NCBI GenBank assembly: GCA_964016885.1
Contig: OZ024741.1
Span: 89,156,001-89,220,000, forward strand
Length of the DNA: 64,000 nucleotides
Reading direction: 5' to 3'
Source of the DNA: Eledone cirrhosa
Taxonomy: Eukaryota
Below the pieces are notes generated by a model that saw nothing but the letters and a program-made list of their open reading frames with translations, made no database searches and was not told the origin of the DNA. The translations under genes and the position numbers were made by a program. How positions within the stretch are numbered: position 1 is the first letter of the stretch; each line of letters starts with the position of its first letter. Of this stretch, positions 28,920 through 42,257 are shown in pieces.

Positions 28920-30160
28920 GCGGACTGGTACTTCTTTTTATCGGCCTGGAAAAGATAAAAGCAAAGTTGACCTCGGCATGTTTTGAACTGAAAGCGCAAA
29001 GATGCAGAAAGAATACTGCAAAGCATTCAATCCGACCTTCTAACGACTCAGTCAATTCGCCACCTTTCCATGTCTTGATTAATCAACCTTTTCGAGTTCA
29101 TCATGGTTTATTCAACACTGGATACCTTGGGATTTGGACTTAGAATGTAAAGGGCAGAAACAAATGCCGCACAGCATTTTATCCAACGTTCTAACGATTC
29201 TGCCAAATCCACCGCCCTTACTATACGAAAATAATTGTTTCTACTTTTGGCACAAGTCTAGCTATTTTGGGGAAGGGAAATTCGATTAAATCGGCCCCAG
29301 TGCATTACTGGTGTTTTATTTTTTGACCCCGTAAGGATGAAAGGCAAAGCTAACAACGGCGGGATTTGAACTCAGAACGTAAAAGGCCGTAACTCTCTGC
29401 CGCACAACATTTTATCCAACACTCTAACGATTCTGCCAATCCACCGCCCTTACTATATGAAAATAATGGTTTCTTATATAGGCACAAGGCCAGCAATTTT
29501 GGGGGAGGGGAAAGTCGATTAAATCGACCACAGTGCGTGACTGGTACTTTATTTTATCGATTACGTTAAGATGAAAGGCAAAGTTAACCTCGGAGGGATT
29601 TGAACACAGATCATAACGAGCCGCAACTCTATACTGCAAAGCATGGCGTCCGACCCTCTACCGATACTGCCAATCCATCGCCCCCTATATGAAAATAATA
29701 CCACTTCATAATGCATTTTGAAGTAGTCTTAACAGCAATAGTTTTAGTACCTTATATATATACGCATTTGTAGTTTTATTACTTGGAACAAAGTTCCAAG
29801 TAATAAAAGGAATATCATCCTTAATTGTTATTTGATACAATTCAAAAAGAGCTTTTTCCTCTTAACTCTACAACATATTGGTGAAGAGTACAAATTTTCC
29901 TCTCTAACTCCGTCGGCATTTTTGTTTTAGCTATTTTCGTTTTAGTTCTCATTACTAGAAGGTGGTGAATTAGGATCATTAAGGGCTTAGATTAATAATA
30001 GTTTCTACTTTTGGCACAAGGCCAGCAACTACCCAGTGTATTACTGGTACTTTATTTTATCGACCCCGTAAGGATGAAAGGCAAAGTTAACCTTGGCGGG
30101 ATTTGAACTCAGAATGGCAAGGGCAGTAACTGTATGCGTCAAAGCATGGCGTCCGACCCT
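28920..30160 (-). mobile_element. Cluster of Meta-like tRNA SINEs (~28920-29065, 29125-29220, 29236-29452, 29468-29684, 30000-30160)
   Basis: Repeated head, B-box and central-domain sequences. Confidence 0.85.
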
Positions 30161-31215
30161 TAGATTAATAATGCGGTCTGGTTTCAAATAGCACCGAAGC
30201 CAACTATACCTTTCATCCTTTCGATGTTGATAAATAAAGCACTACTTCAGTAGTGCTGTAGATTCTCTCTCTCTCTCTCTCTCTCTCCCCCTCTCTCTCT
30301 CTCTCTCTCTCTCTGTTAAAGAAATCGGCACGAGACATGCCAGGTATCAGCTGGCGCTTCTACGACTCCAGCAGGAGTTAAGGGTTCGTGCTTGTTTCCG
30401 TGTTTCATGAAATGATAATTCCATTGTGTATGACAAGTTAACTTCTAAATTATCATCACGCGCAATCTGCTTTGCTTTCCCACTTTTAACCATCTTCGTT
30501 TCATCATTTTCGTCTTGATTACGCCCAAAACGGATCATTTTCTCCGTTGGTGGAAGGACAAAATATCGTTCGAACGCTCTATTTTCATGAAAAGGCGGCG
30601 AATTGGCATAGATAAAATGCTTTGAAGCATTCGTTCTGTCTCTCTGTACTGTAAGTTTAAAACCCACCATTTAAATAAAGTACCAGTCCTGTATTGCGGT
30701 CGATTCTTCCTCTGTATCTCTTTCTCATTTCCTTTATCTCATCCTCTCCTTTTCTGGATCAAATCGGTTGTGTTTAGATCAGGAGAGAGAAGGTGGGCTC
30801 CACGAGGTTTTAAATGCCCAAGATACGCCATATGTAACGACGGGGCCCCTACGCCTCTTCATACAAAACAACAACAACAAAAATAACAACAATATGCTAT
30901 CTCACTTCCTTCTTTTAGTTAGGTGTTTAAAGTGAAAGTTGTTTTGCGTCGCGTTAATCAGCGATTAGTATATATTTAGAAATGCTTTCGCCTACATTTA
31001 TTACGATTCGTTTTCGTCTTTTACAAATTAGCGAGTAATAAAAATAGTTATGTTTTCTTAGAGGAAAAATATCAATTTTGGTATTAATTAGGCATTAAAA
31101 TAAACTAAACTGTGCATACTTATTTAAATATACAATTATACTTATACATGACTTGAGTATCGTATACATATGTGGCCAATAAAGAAATCATCACCATCAC
31201 CATCATTATGTTTAC

Positions 31216-31755
31216 CGGTGGATTGGCAGTATCGGTAGAGGGTCGGACGCCATGCTTTGCAGCACAGTTACGTCCCTTTACGGACTGAGTTCAAATCCCG
31301 CCGAGGTTAACTTTGCCTTTCATCCTTACGGGGTCGATAAAATAAAGTACCAGTAATGCACTGGTTATTTGCGGGCCTTGTGCCTAAAGTAGAAACAATT
31401 ATTATTATTATTATTATTATTAGGGCGGTGTATTGGCAGTATCGGTAGAGCGTCGAACACCATACTTTGCAGCATAGAGTTGCGCCCCTTTACGTTCTGG
31501 GTTCAAATCCCGTCGAGGTTAGCTTTGCCTTTCATCCTTACGGGATCGATAAAATAGAACACCAGTAAATGCACTGGGATCGATTTAATCGATTTTCCCC
31601 TCCTCCCAAAATAGCTAGCCTTGTGCCAAAAGTAGAAATCATTATTATTATTATTGATGGTTTGCACAGTAAAGTACCAGTAATGTACTGGTTAATTGCT
31701 GGCCTTGTGCCAAAAGTAGAAAGAATTATTATTATTATTGATGGTTTGCACAGTA
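31216..31755 (+). mobile_element. Tandem Meta-like tRNA SINEs with (ATT)n tails and a duplicated 3' part
   Basis: GGTGGATTGGCAGTATCGGTAGAG..GAGTTCAAATCC..AGTAGAAACAATT(ATT)n, twice plus a partial copy. Confidence 0.85.
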
Positions 31756-32127
31756 AACATTATGATAACTGGCCTTCAACTGTCTGACAATTCTAAGCAA
31801 AGACCTTTGATAGACTGTACTTTCTTGAGAATACATCTAGTGCCTGGCAGAGCATTCTTTTCTATGAACAATTTATGATTCCATGTTTATTTTCCCAAGG
31901 CAGTCTCTTCGTTTCAATGGTATCGAACCCAACTGATGATAACTGGAATTAATCTTAAGGTTCTTAGTGGGTATTGACCACATTCGTGTGATTTCGATCT
32001 CAAAGTCAGCAGATTTTGTAAGATTTTTATTTGTTTTCAATTTCTTTCAAGATTATGGTACTGTCTTATAGGAGGGTAACATCAATAACCTGGCATACAC
32101 ACCTATTTCTGTGCATAATTAACATCA

Positions 32128-32176
<49 letters not shown>

Positions 32177-32235
32177 TGCTGCTGGTGTTGCTGTTGCTGC
32201 TGCTGATGTTGCTGTTGCTGCTGCTGCTGCTGCTG

Positions 32236-32279
<44 letters not shown>

Positions 32280-32304
32280 TTTATATTAAGGCTAAAAGTG
32301 AGTC

Positions 32305-32350
32305 TTGTTACTCTGGAGTTTCGCCTGTTTATCACAGGGTCATCAGATAA
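32305..32350 (-). ncRNA. Type I hammerhead motif in a tiny pLTR remnant within (TA)n
   Basis: Reverse complement: TTAT-CTGATGA-C-CCTG TGATAAA CAGG-C-GAAA-CTC CA GAG-TA-ACAA. Stem I has one mismatch. Confidence 0.75.
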
Positions 32351-32353
32351 TAC

Positions 32354-32403
<50 letters not shown>

Positions 32404-32551
32404 AATATATATATATTTAAATTAGGGCATTAGTATATCCCTGGAGATCATACAACTGATGACAGCTTTTCTGATATTCTGAAATTAGAACACTGGAGGC
32501 CTTTAGTTGAGACCAGACTTCCGGAAATGAGGGATGGGGGAATTATAGTGC

Positions 32552-32604
<53 letters not shown>

Positions 32605-33133
32605 GTATATTTATATACATATATACAAATATATATTTATATAAATTTACTTGCAATTTTTAGCTTGCAATTTCCCTCCCCGTCTCTCAGCCTTTTCATA
32701 TACTCACTTATATATGTCTTCCTCTCTCTTTCTTTCTTTCTTTCTTTTCCCCACTCTCTCTATATATATACACACGCACACACATACCCATATATATGTA
32801 TATATATATATATATTCCAACCGTGACCATCCCCACTGAAAGTTTCGTGAAATAGTCTTTTTAAGACTATATAGAGCATTTGTAGTTTTTCCAAATTGAC
32901 GGATGAATATTTAAACTTTATTTTATTCAGAGTTAAGGCTCTATTGATTTTTTCCCTGGATTTCACAAAATTCTGTGGATAAATCTATGTCTTGATTTTT
33001 TTAAAAATTGAGTTTGAATTATTTTCCCACATCTTAGGTTAACTATTTTTCCATTTTGACGTTATAGTCACATATATATTATGGAATACTGTTGGCTTCA
33101 CGCTACAATAATTTCTATACTTTCATTTATATA

Positions 33134-33228
<95 letters not shown>

Positions 33229-33910
33229 GTCTATGTATTTAAGTCTATATATGTGTGTGTGTGTGTGTGTGTAACCATTGTATTATATCTTAATAGATTT
33301 ATTGAAAGCACTACTGTTGTTGCTGTTGTTGTCGTTAGTGATGATGAGTTGGTGGCAGCGGCGGTGTTGGTGATAAACGTGTAAATTGATGGAGTGTTAG
33401 GCAAGATAGGTGATGATGATGATGATGATGACGATGATGATGATGACGACGAGGGCTTTGATGATGGTGGTAATGATGATGATGTTGTTGATGATGATGA
33501 TCATCATCATGATAGCGACGACAATAACGACTATGATGACGATGGTGATGATGATGAAGGAGATGATGAGGATAATTTGGTTGTAATGGTGGGGGACACG
33601 AGCCGTGACTAATAAGTGCCACATTCCCTAAACTGTGGGGATTTATGACTGATAATATTTGATTGTTGGTCGCCGGAAATGAACACATTTAGAAAGGAAG
33701 TATTACTTACATGTTCGGATAGACGTCAGGTGGTATGTATGTAGTTTCACTTCACAAACCAGAATTCTTACTGACTCATCAAGTCTGTTCCAATGACTTC
33801 TTTACAACATTTGCACCACCCCAAAAACTCTCTGTATCTTTATCTGTTTGCCTGTCTATCTATCTGTCTGTTTTCCTCGCTTTCTCTCACTCTCTTTTGC
33901 GCAAGGCTGA

Positions 33911-34019
<109 letters not shown>

Positions 34020-34455
34020 CACACAGACAAATACAAACTCACACAATGGAAGCCTGGAGGTCGGGTAAATATACCCCTAAGGACGGAAAATTGTTGTAAG
34101 TGGCCTCTACGGAGAAACGGAAAGTTGTTAGGTCAGGTGAGTGAAAGGTACATATGATTAAGAGAGAGGTGTGTTGGCATGTAGGAATGATAAGAAATGG
34201 AGAATAAAAAAAAACTGAAGACCAAAGTTACAAAATGAGTGGAGATTATAGTTACAAAAGTTACAAGACCAAAGCACAGACGTATCACAACCTCATCAGC
34301 TCTCATCTGGCTATGTGGTTTCGCACAATACATACTCGACTTTTATGCTGTTATTATTAACGGTATTCGGCTATTTTAACAACTATTTCTCTCGTTTGAG
34401 TTTCCCATTTTTCTAGGAACTTCATGTTGCCTCGACACTTCGTTTCAATACACCC

Positions 34456-34551
<96 letters not shown>

Positions 34552-34601
34552 GCGAGAGAGAGAGTAACAATAAGAAGTCAGATTTGTTACGAAACTTTAT
34601 T

Positions 34602-34689
34602 GCATATTACAACTGTTTCTATATCGATCAGCTTGGGTTTGATCAGGCGATCGGATCCCAACTCTAAATCAACACCTCTTCAGATATGC
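34602..34689 (-). ncRNA. Type I hammerhead ribozyme with extended stem II
   Basis: Reverse complement: GCATAT-CTGAAGA-G-GTGTTGAT...ATCGATAT-A-GAAA-CAGTTG-TA-ATATGC, followed by AATAAA. Perfect 6-bp stem I. Confidence 0.85.
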
Positions 34690-34730
34690 GAGTTTACATG
34701 GGTGGTTTCATATACGTATATATATATATA

Positions 34731-34945
34731 GTATTAGTAACATTAATATATATAAAGACCAAAATCTAGAGAGAACTCGATAAGTGCTGTATATATATAT
34801 ATATATATATATATAATTATATATAAACCCGTAGAGCAAAAATGTATTATTAGCACAGATTAAAAGTTTAAGCAAACAATTTCTGCTTTCACTCTATGCG
34901 AGATAATCTAATTTTCAGACGATCATGCTTAAGGCAGAAGTAAAA
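34731..34945 (-). mobile_element. 3'-end remnant related to the 20549-24227 Penelope family (another at ~17825-17870)
   Basis: AAGAC.AAAATC..AGAG..CTCGATAAG..CCGTAGAGCAAA..CAGATTAAA.GTTTAAGCAAA..CTGCTTTCAC matches 20560-20680. Confidence 0.75.
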
Positions 34946-34958
34946 ATAAATAAATATA

Positions 34959-35410
34959 TATTGTTATACTTGGGAGAGGTCATATTGTTGTAATAATATT
35001 GCCAGAAATAATAACAGAACACACTCACTGTTTGGTTGCTTTTCGCTTCTGTATCTTTTATATCTCCACAGTTAATTCATTCGGTCCTCAATGTTTACCA
35101 TTGACTGACCAACGGTCAAAAATACAGATATATTATAGATAATGGGACTATATATGTGTCTTTAATATCTATATTATATCTATATTTTTGACCGTTGGTC
35201 AGTCATGGTAAACAGTGAGGACCGAATGAATTAACTGTGGAGATATTAAATATACAGAAGCAAAAACCAACCAAACAGTGAGTGTGTTCTGTTATTATTT
35301 CTGGCAATATTATTACACAAATATGACCCTCCCCAAGTATAACAATATTTGTTCCGACACACGATTTCATATCAAAAACCTTGCAAAACAAATTCATTGC
35401 CGACAATAAA
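34959..35410. mobile_element. Asymmetric foldback element in (TA)n; second copy 35862-36119
   Basis: Arms ~34959-35140 / 35167-35348 plus ~60-bp extension (TTCGACACACGATTTCATAT.AAAAACCT). Both copies share the arm end point. Confidence 0.8.
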
Positions 35411-35431
35411 TAAATAAATAAATAAATTTAT

Positions 35432-35522
<91 letters not shown>

Positions 35523-35591
35523 ATATATATATATATATGTGTGTGTGTATATATATATATATATATGTGTGTGTATATATATATATATATA

Positions 35592-35714
<123 letters not shown>

Positions 35715-35729
35715 GTGTATATATATATA

Positions 35730-35864
<135 letters not shown>

Positions 35865-36117
35865 TGTTATATTTGGGGAGGGTCATATTTGCGTAATATT
35901 GCCAGAATTAATAACAGAACCGCCGGTCAGTCAATGGCAACATTGAGGACCGAGTAAGTTAGATCGCAGATATAAAGGACAGCGAGAAGCGACGAAAACC
36001 AACCAAACAGTGAGTGTGTTCTGTTATTAATTCTGGCAATATTACGCAAATATGACCCTCCCCAAATATAACAATATCTGTTTCGACACACGATTTCATA
36101 TAAAAAACCTCGCTAAA

Positions 36118-37098
<981 letters not shown>

Positions 37099-37142
37099 TA
37101 TATATACAGTATATAAATTTATTTATATATATATATATATAT

Positions 37143-37815
37143 GTAGAAGGTGAGTTTTATTGTAGAACAATAAAGCAATGCAAATATCGGATAAGTAGCA
37201 CTCCACAGTTTATAGGACTGGAATATCCAATACTGAGCGTCATAATAATAGCAATAGTAAACCCGACGTCAACGTTAACTCTAGGCTAGATTCAGTAAAT
37301 TTAAATACGACGTCAAACGTAACTTCTTTGAATGTTCATAGCACCAATCTAAATCAGGAAACTATAGTTCCTATCGTAAATAACTTCTCCAATCCAATTC
37401 CTTCTATAAATAATACTAGATCACTTGTTAATAACTCTGGTAATTTCTCTAATCGTAATTGTAATTGCCCTGTTAGAACTAAATGTCCTCTTAATAACCA
37501 ATGTCTTGATAAAAACTTTTACGCGCAAAGACAGAACCACGTTTATGGTATAAAAGAGGTCGTAGACTAATGTTCTCTTAGGTGGTGCATAGAGACGTTC
37601 TCTGGCAATGAACGAAAAAACGAAGATAATACGTCATATGTGGAGCGTGGAGAACAATAGCACGCAAAGACAAAACCACGTAAATGGTATAGCAGAAGTC
37701 GTAGACTAAAATGCTAACTAGGAGACCAAATGAATCTCCGCTACAGAGTTAAGAACAAAGTAAATAAATACAATACAGAAGTAATAGAAATAAATAAATA
37801 CATACACGCAAACAA
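37143..37815. mobile_element. Mosaic of Penelope fragments
   Basis: + strand ORF remnant with RNCNCPVRTKCPLNNQCLDKN (CxCx5Cx5C), joined at ~37520 to 3' UTR sequence matching 20859-21150. Confidence 0.75.
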
Positions 37816-37955
37816 ATACTGTATATATATGTATATAAGTATCTATACGTACATACATATATGTGTACAGACGCACAGTAGTATGTATATACATACTTGC
37901 ACACATATATATGTACGTATGGGTTTACCGAACATTTATTATAATGTACACATAT

Positions 37956-39146
<1,191 letters not shown>

Positions 39147-39660
39147 CGGAGTAACAGATTATTGTTATAGGTAGTCCACTTAGGTGTAGTCCAGTTAGGG
39201 TACTCCGAGTAGTGGATGATATCAACGCTTGGCTAAGTTTGACTCGACAAGGCGTTTCCATAGTGATACTGCGAGTGCGCGGTAATTTCTATGTTGTTAA
39301 CACTTGGAGTAATGATAAATCAGGAAAAAAGAGTGACACGCTTTGCTATACAAAAAAGGTTTTTAATCTCATTGCTGACAATTCTTTCTCTGAACTGGTA
39401 GGTCTAGAGATCGCTACCCGCTTGTTTTCACGTCATTCGATCACCAATACATAGTTGTAACCAGTCAATTCATCGGAGCTTGTGAGATGAAAGGAATATA
39501 CAGGCATGGCTACAACTATGTATTGGTGATCGAATGACGTGAAAACAAGCGGTTAGCGATCTCTAGACCTACCAGTTCAGAGAAAGAATTGTCAGCAATG
39601 AGATTAAAAACCTTTTTTGTATAGCAAACCGTGTCACTCATATATATATATGTATGCATA

Positions 39661-39750
<90 letters not shown>

Positions 39751-39979
39751 TATATATGCATACATATACACATACTCATACATTCATACATGTATACAGT
39801 TCGCCCTTTGACACCCGGTGTGAATAAGGAGTGTTGTGTCTCAGTGCGTGGGTAGATTATCCACTCATGAAAATTATTCATCCAAAACACTGATTTTTCA
39901 AACTTCTGAAAACATTATTTCTCTTTTCCTCTCTCTTTCCATGAAATTCTTTCCTTTCTTCCTTTCTGTCTAGCTATTC

Positions 39980-40053
<74 letters not shown>

Positions 40054-40054
40054 A

Positions 40055-40087
<33 letters not shown>

Positions 40088-40380
40088 GTCTGACGCGTGG
40101 AACATCGCCGGTAAGCTTTTTTGTTAATTTCTATACAAAAAACTGAACTAATTGTTTGAAAAAACATAACATTTTGTAGATTAGCTCCCAAGCTGAATTG
40201 TCAGCTGGGTGGTAATCCCATTTTTCGCCCCTGTGGGGGCGAACATTTTATTTTAAAAGTTGTTTTAAAATATCAGATTTTACAAACTAAATAACTTGAG
40301 CAACACAAGAACGCTGGAGAACGTTAATAGAGAAAAGAGAGAAAGAGGCAGATATTAACGTTATATCTGCTTCTGCTACT

Positions 40381-42216
40381 ATGGACGTCGCCATAGATAC
40401 GACTGTCAACAAAGAGGAAAATATATTACCACTTGAAAATTTTAAAATTTCTACCGTCGAAGCGGAGAAAAATAACAATAACACACAGGAAAACACAGGA
40501 ATTAAACCCATTAACATACATACACATGAAAAAGACATCAACAACTCTACAGATACATCTACACATAATGTTTCACCTCGACAAGGAACTGAGATTTCCA
40601 GCACCGAGGCCAACAACGATAACAACAACAACAACAACAGCAACACCACACAAAAAAAGAAAATGTCTTTCGCTGAAACAGTAAACAAAATACAAGATTT
40701 TATAAATCTTGATATCTCCAACGCAAGAGATATGCTCCAGCAAGGGAGAAAATTTGTAACTTTCGAAGAAAGAGGTGGGTTTAGAATTAACTCACACCTT
40801 GGAATAAAGGAAGACACAATTCGCAGATCAGTCACCTTTAGGACTGTGTCAAATTCCACAAGAATGCCGACATTTGTTAGCCAAGCAGATATAGAAGATA
40901 CTTTCAAGGAAATTCTAGCAAATGTCGATTTTCTCCACCGAGGAAAACAGTACGGAAGTGTTTCCGTACTGTTTAAAAGCGAGGCACTCGCCCAAAAACA
41001 TTCTGTGACACCAATGGTGTCAAAAGCATACACCTTTTTCCCTACATACATGGGAAAAAGGACACAAAAAATAAAAATAAAAAACATACCCCCAAACATT
41101 AACATCTGGTGGATCTTGGCTGGCTTCGTAGAGCCAGAAACTAATATGATTCTTTCGATACGAAAATCTATTCGACAAAGGTGGGCGGGTACAGATTTGG
41201 AGATTCTGTTGCAAATGAAACCGGAGAGAATCTCGAAAATACCTGAAAGAGTCGTCATCGATAATAACAACAAAATAAACATTTCGGCTGAAGGACGAAA
41301 ATTTCATTGCTTTCGCTGTGGTAGCACAGCACACCTAAAAGCCTCTTGCCCACAAACACACAACACCAACATCATTAAAAAAACACTATTACCAACACCA
41401 ACACCAAAACAACCACCACCACCACAAGTACAACGACAGACGAAACGAGCAACCACACCAAAACAAACAGACACTCAACCAACAATAACAGAAAAAACAG
41501 AAACAACACCCCTGAAGAACACAGCCCCACTCCATCCCACTCCATCAAACACTACCACAAACACACACACCGAAACACTACCACCACACAACATACCCCT
41601 ACCCCACACACCTGACGATTATTATTCATCGACGGATGAAGCTGCTTCTCCTTCTTTAAGTGAAGAAGAGGGAGAACCGGGGAAATCTAAAAAACAAAAA
41701 AAGCGACACCACAAAACCCCCAAAACTCCAATCACCAACACCAACACACAACCACAGACACAAACAACAACACAAACAACAACACAAACAACACCACAGT
41801 CAAACATCCCCCTATCAGCAAAACCAGCACCAACACCACCCCAAACACAAGCACCCACCATAAAAAGAAAACTCCCGGATGAACAACAAACTAAAACAAT
41901 ACAACAAAAACACAAACAACAATACGCATACATCAACACAAACAACAAGAGTTTGATGGAGGTCATCTCCCAAAACCCCAAGGTGGAGGAGGGCAAAACT
42001 TTCGTCAAGGCAGAATCGTCTCCACACCTTAAACTTATAAGGGTTTCTATGGAAACCTATAAAGACCTGAAAATTAAATTTTCACAGGACGTGGGCAACC
42101 CCTGCCACAAACCCATCAACCGCGTCCTGTTGAAAGGTTTCCCCACCCCACCCAACACCCCATCCAGCACCCAAATGGAGATTGAACAACCCGATCTCCA
42201 GGAAACGAAAAGGTAA
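40381..42216 (+). CDS. LINE ORF1p (gag-like, CCHC zinc knuckle)
   Basis: Open 611 aa; CFRCGSTAHLKASCP; Asn-rich N-terminus and Thr/Pro/Gln-rich linker; homologous to 51432-53375. Confidence 0.9.
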   Translation: MDVAIDTTVNKEENILPLENFKISTVEAEKNNNNTQENTGIKPINIHTHEKDINNSTDTSTHNVSPRQGTEISSTEANNDNNNNNNSNTTQKKKMSFAETVNKIQDFINLDISNARDMLQQGRKFVTFEERGGFRINSHLGIKEDTIRRSVTFRTVSNSTRMPTFVSQADIEDTFKEILANVDFLHRGKQYGSVSVLFKSEALAQKHSVTPMVSKAYTFFPTYMGKRTQKIKIKNIPPNINIWWILAGFVEPETNMILSIRKSIRQRWAGTDLEILLQMKPERISKIPERVVIDNNNKINISAEGRKFHCFRCGSTAHLKASCPQTHNTNIIKKTLLPTPTPKQPPPPQVQRQTKRATTPKQTDTQPTITEKTETTPLKNTAPLHPTPSNTTTNTHTETLPPHNIPLPHTPDDYYSSTDEAASPSLSEEEGEPGKSKKQKKRHHKTPKTPITNTNTQPQTQTTTQTTTQTTPQSNIPLSAKPAPTPPQTQAPTIKRKLPDEQQTKTIQQKHKQQYAYINTNNKSLMEVISQNPKVEEGKTFVKAESSPHLKLIRVSMETYKDLKIKFSQDVGNPCHKPINRVLLKGFPTPPNTPSSTQMEIEQPDLQETKR

Positions 42217-42257
42217 GTGCACCTTTCGTCCTTTTTCTCCAACTTTTCTTCACCAAC

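Noticed and set aside
32448-32505. CTGATGA...GAAA hammerhead-like motif (also CTGATGA at ~31933)
   Set aside because: No convincing stem I/III pairing or NUH triplet.
40092-40245. HDV-like ribozyme or IGR-IRES in the Tx1 5' UTR
   Set aside because: I could not build the nested pseudoknot pairings by eye. Only a simple hairpin is supported.
40287-41282. 331-aa antisense ORF over ORF1, and other antisense or alternate-frame ORFs in LINE/PLE bodies
   Set aside because: Shadow ORFs from strand-biased codon usage with no recognisable domains.
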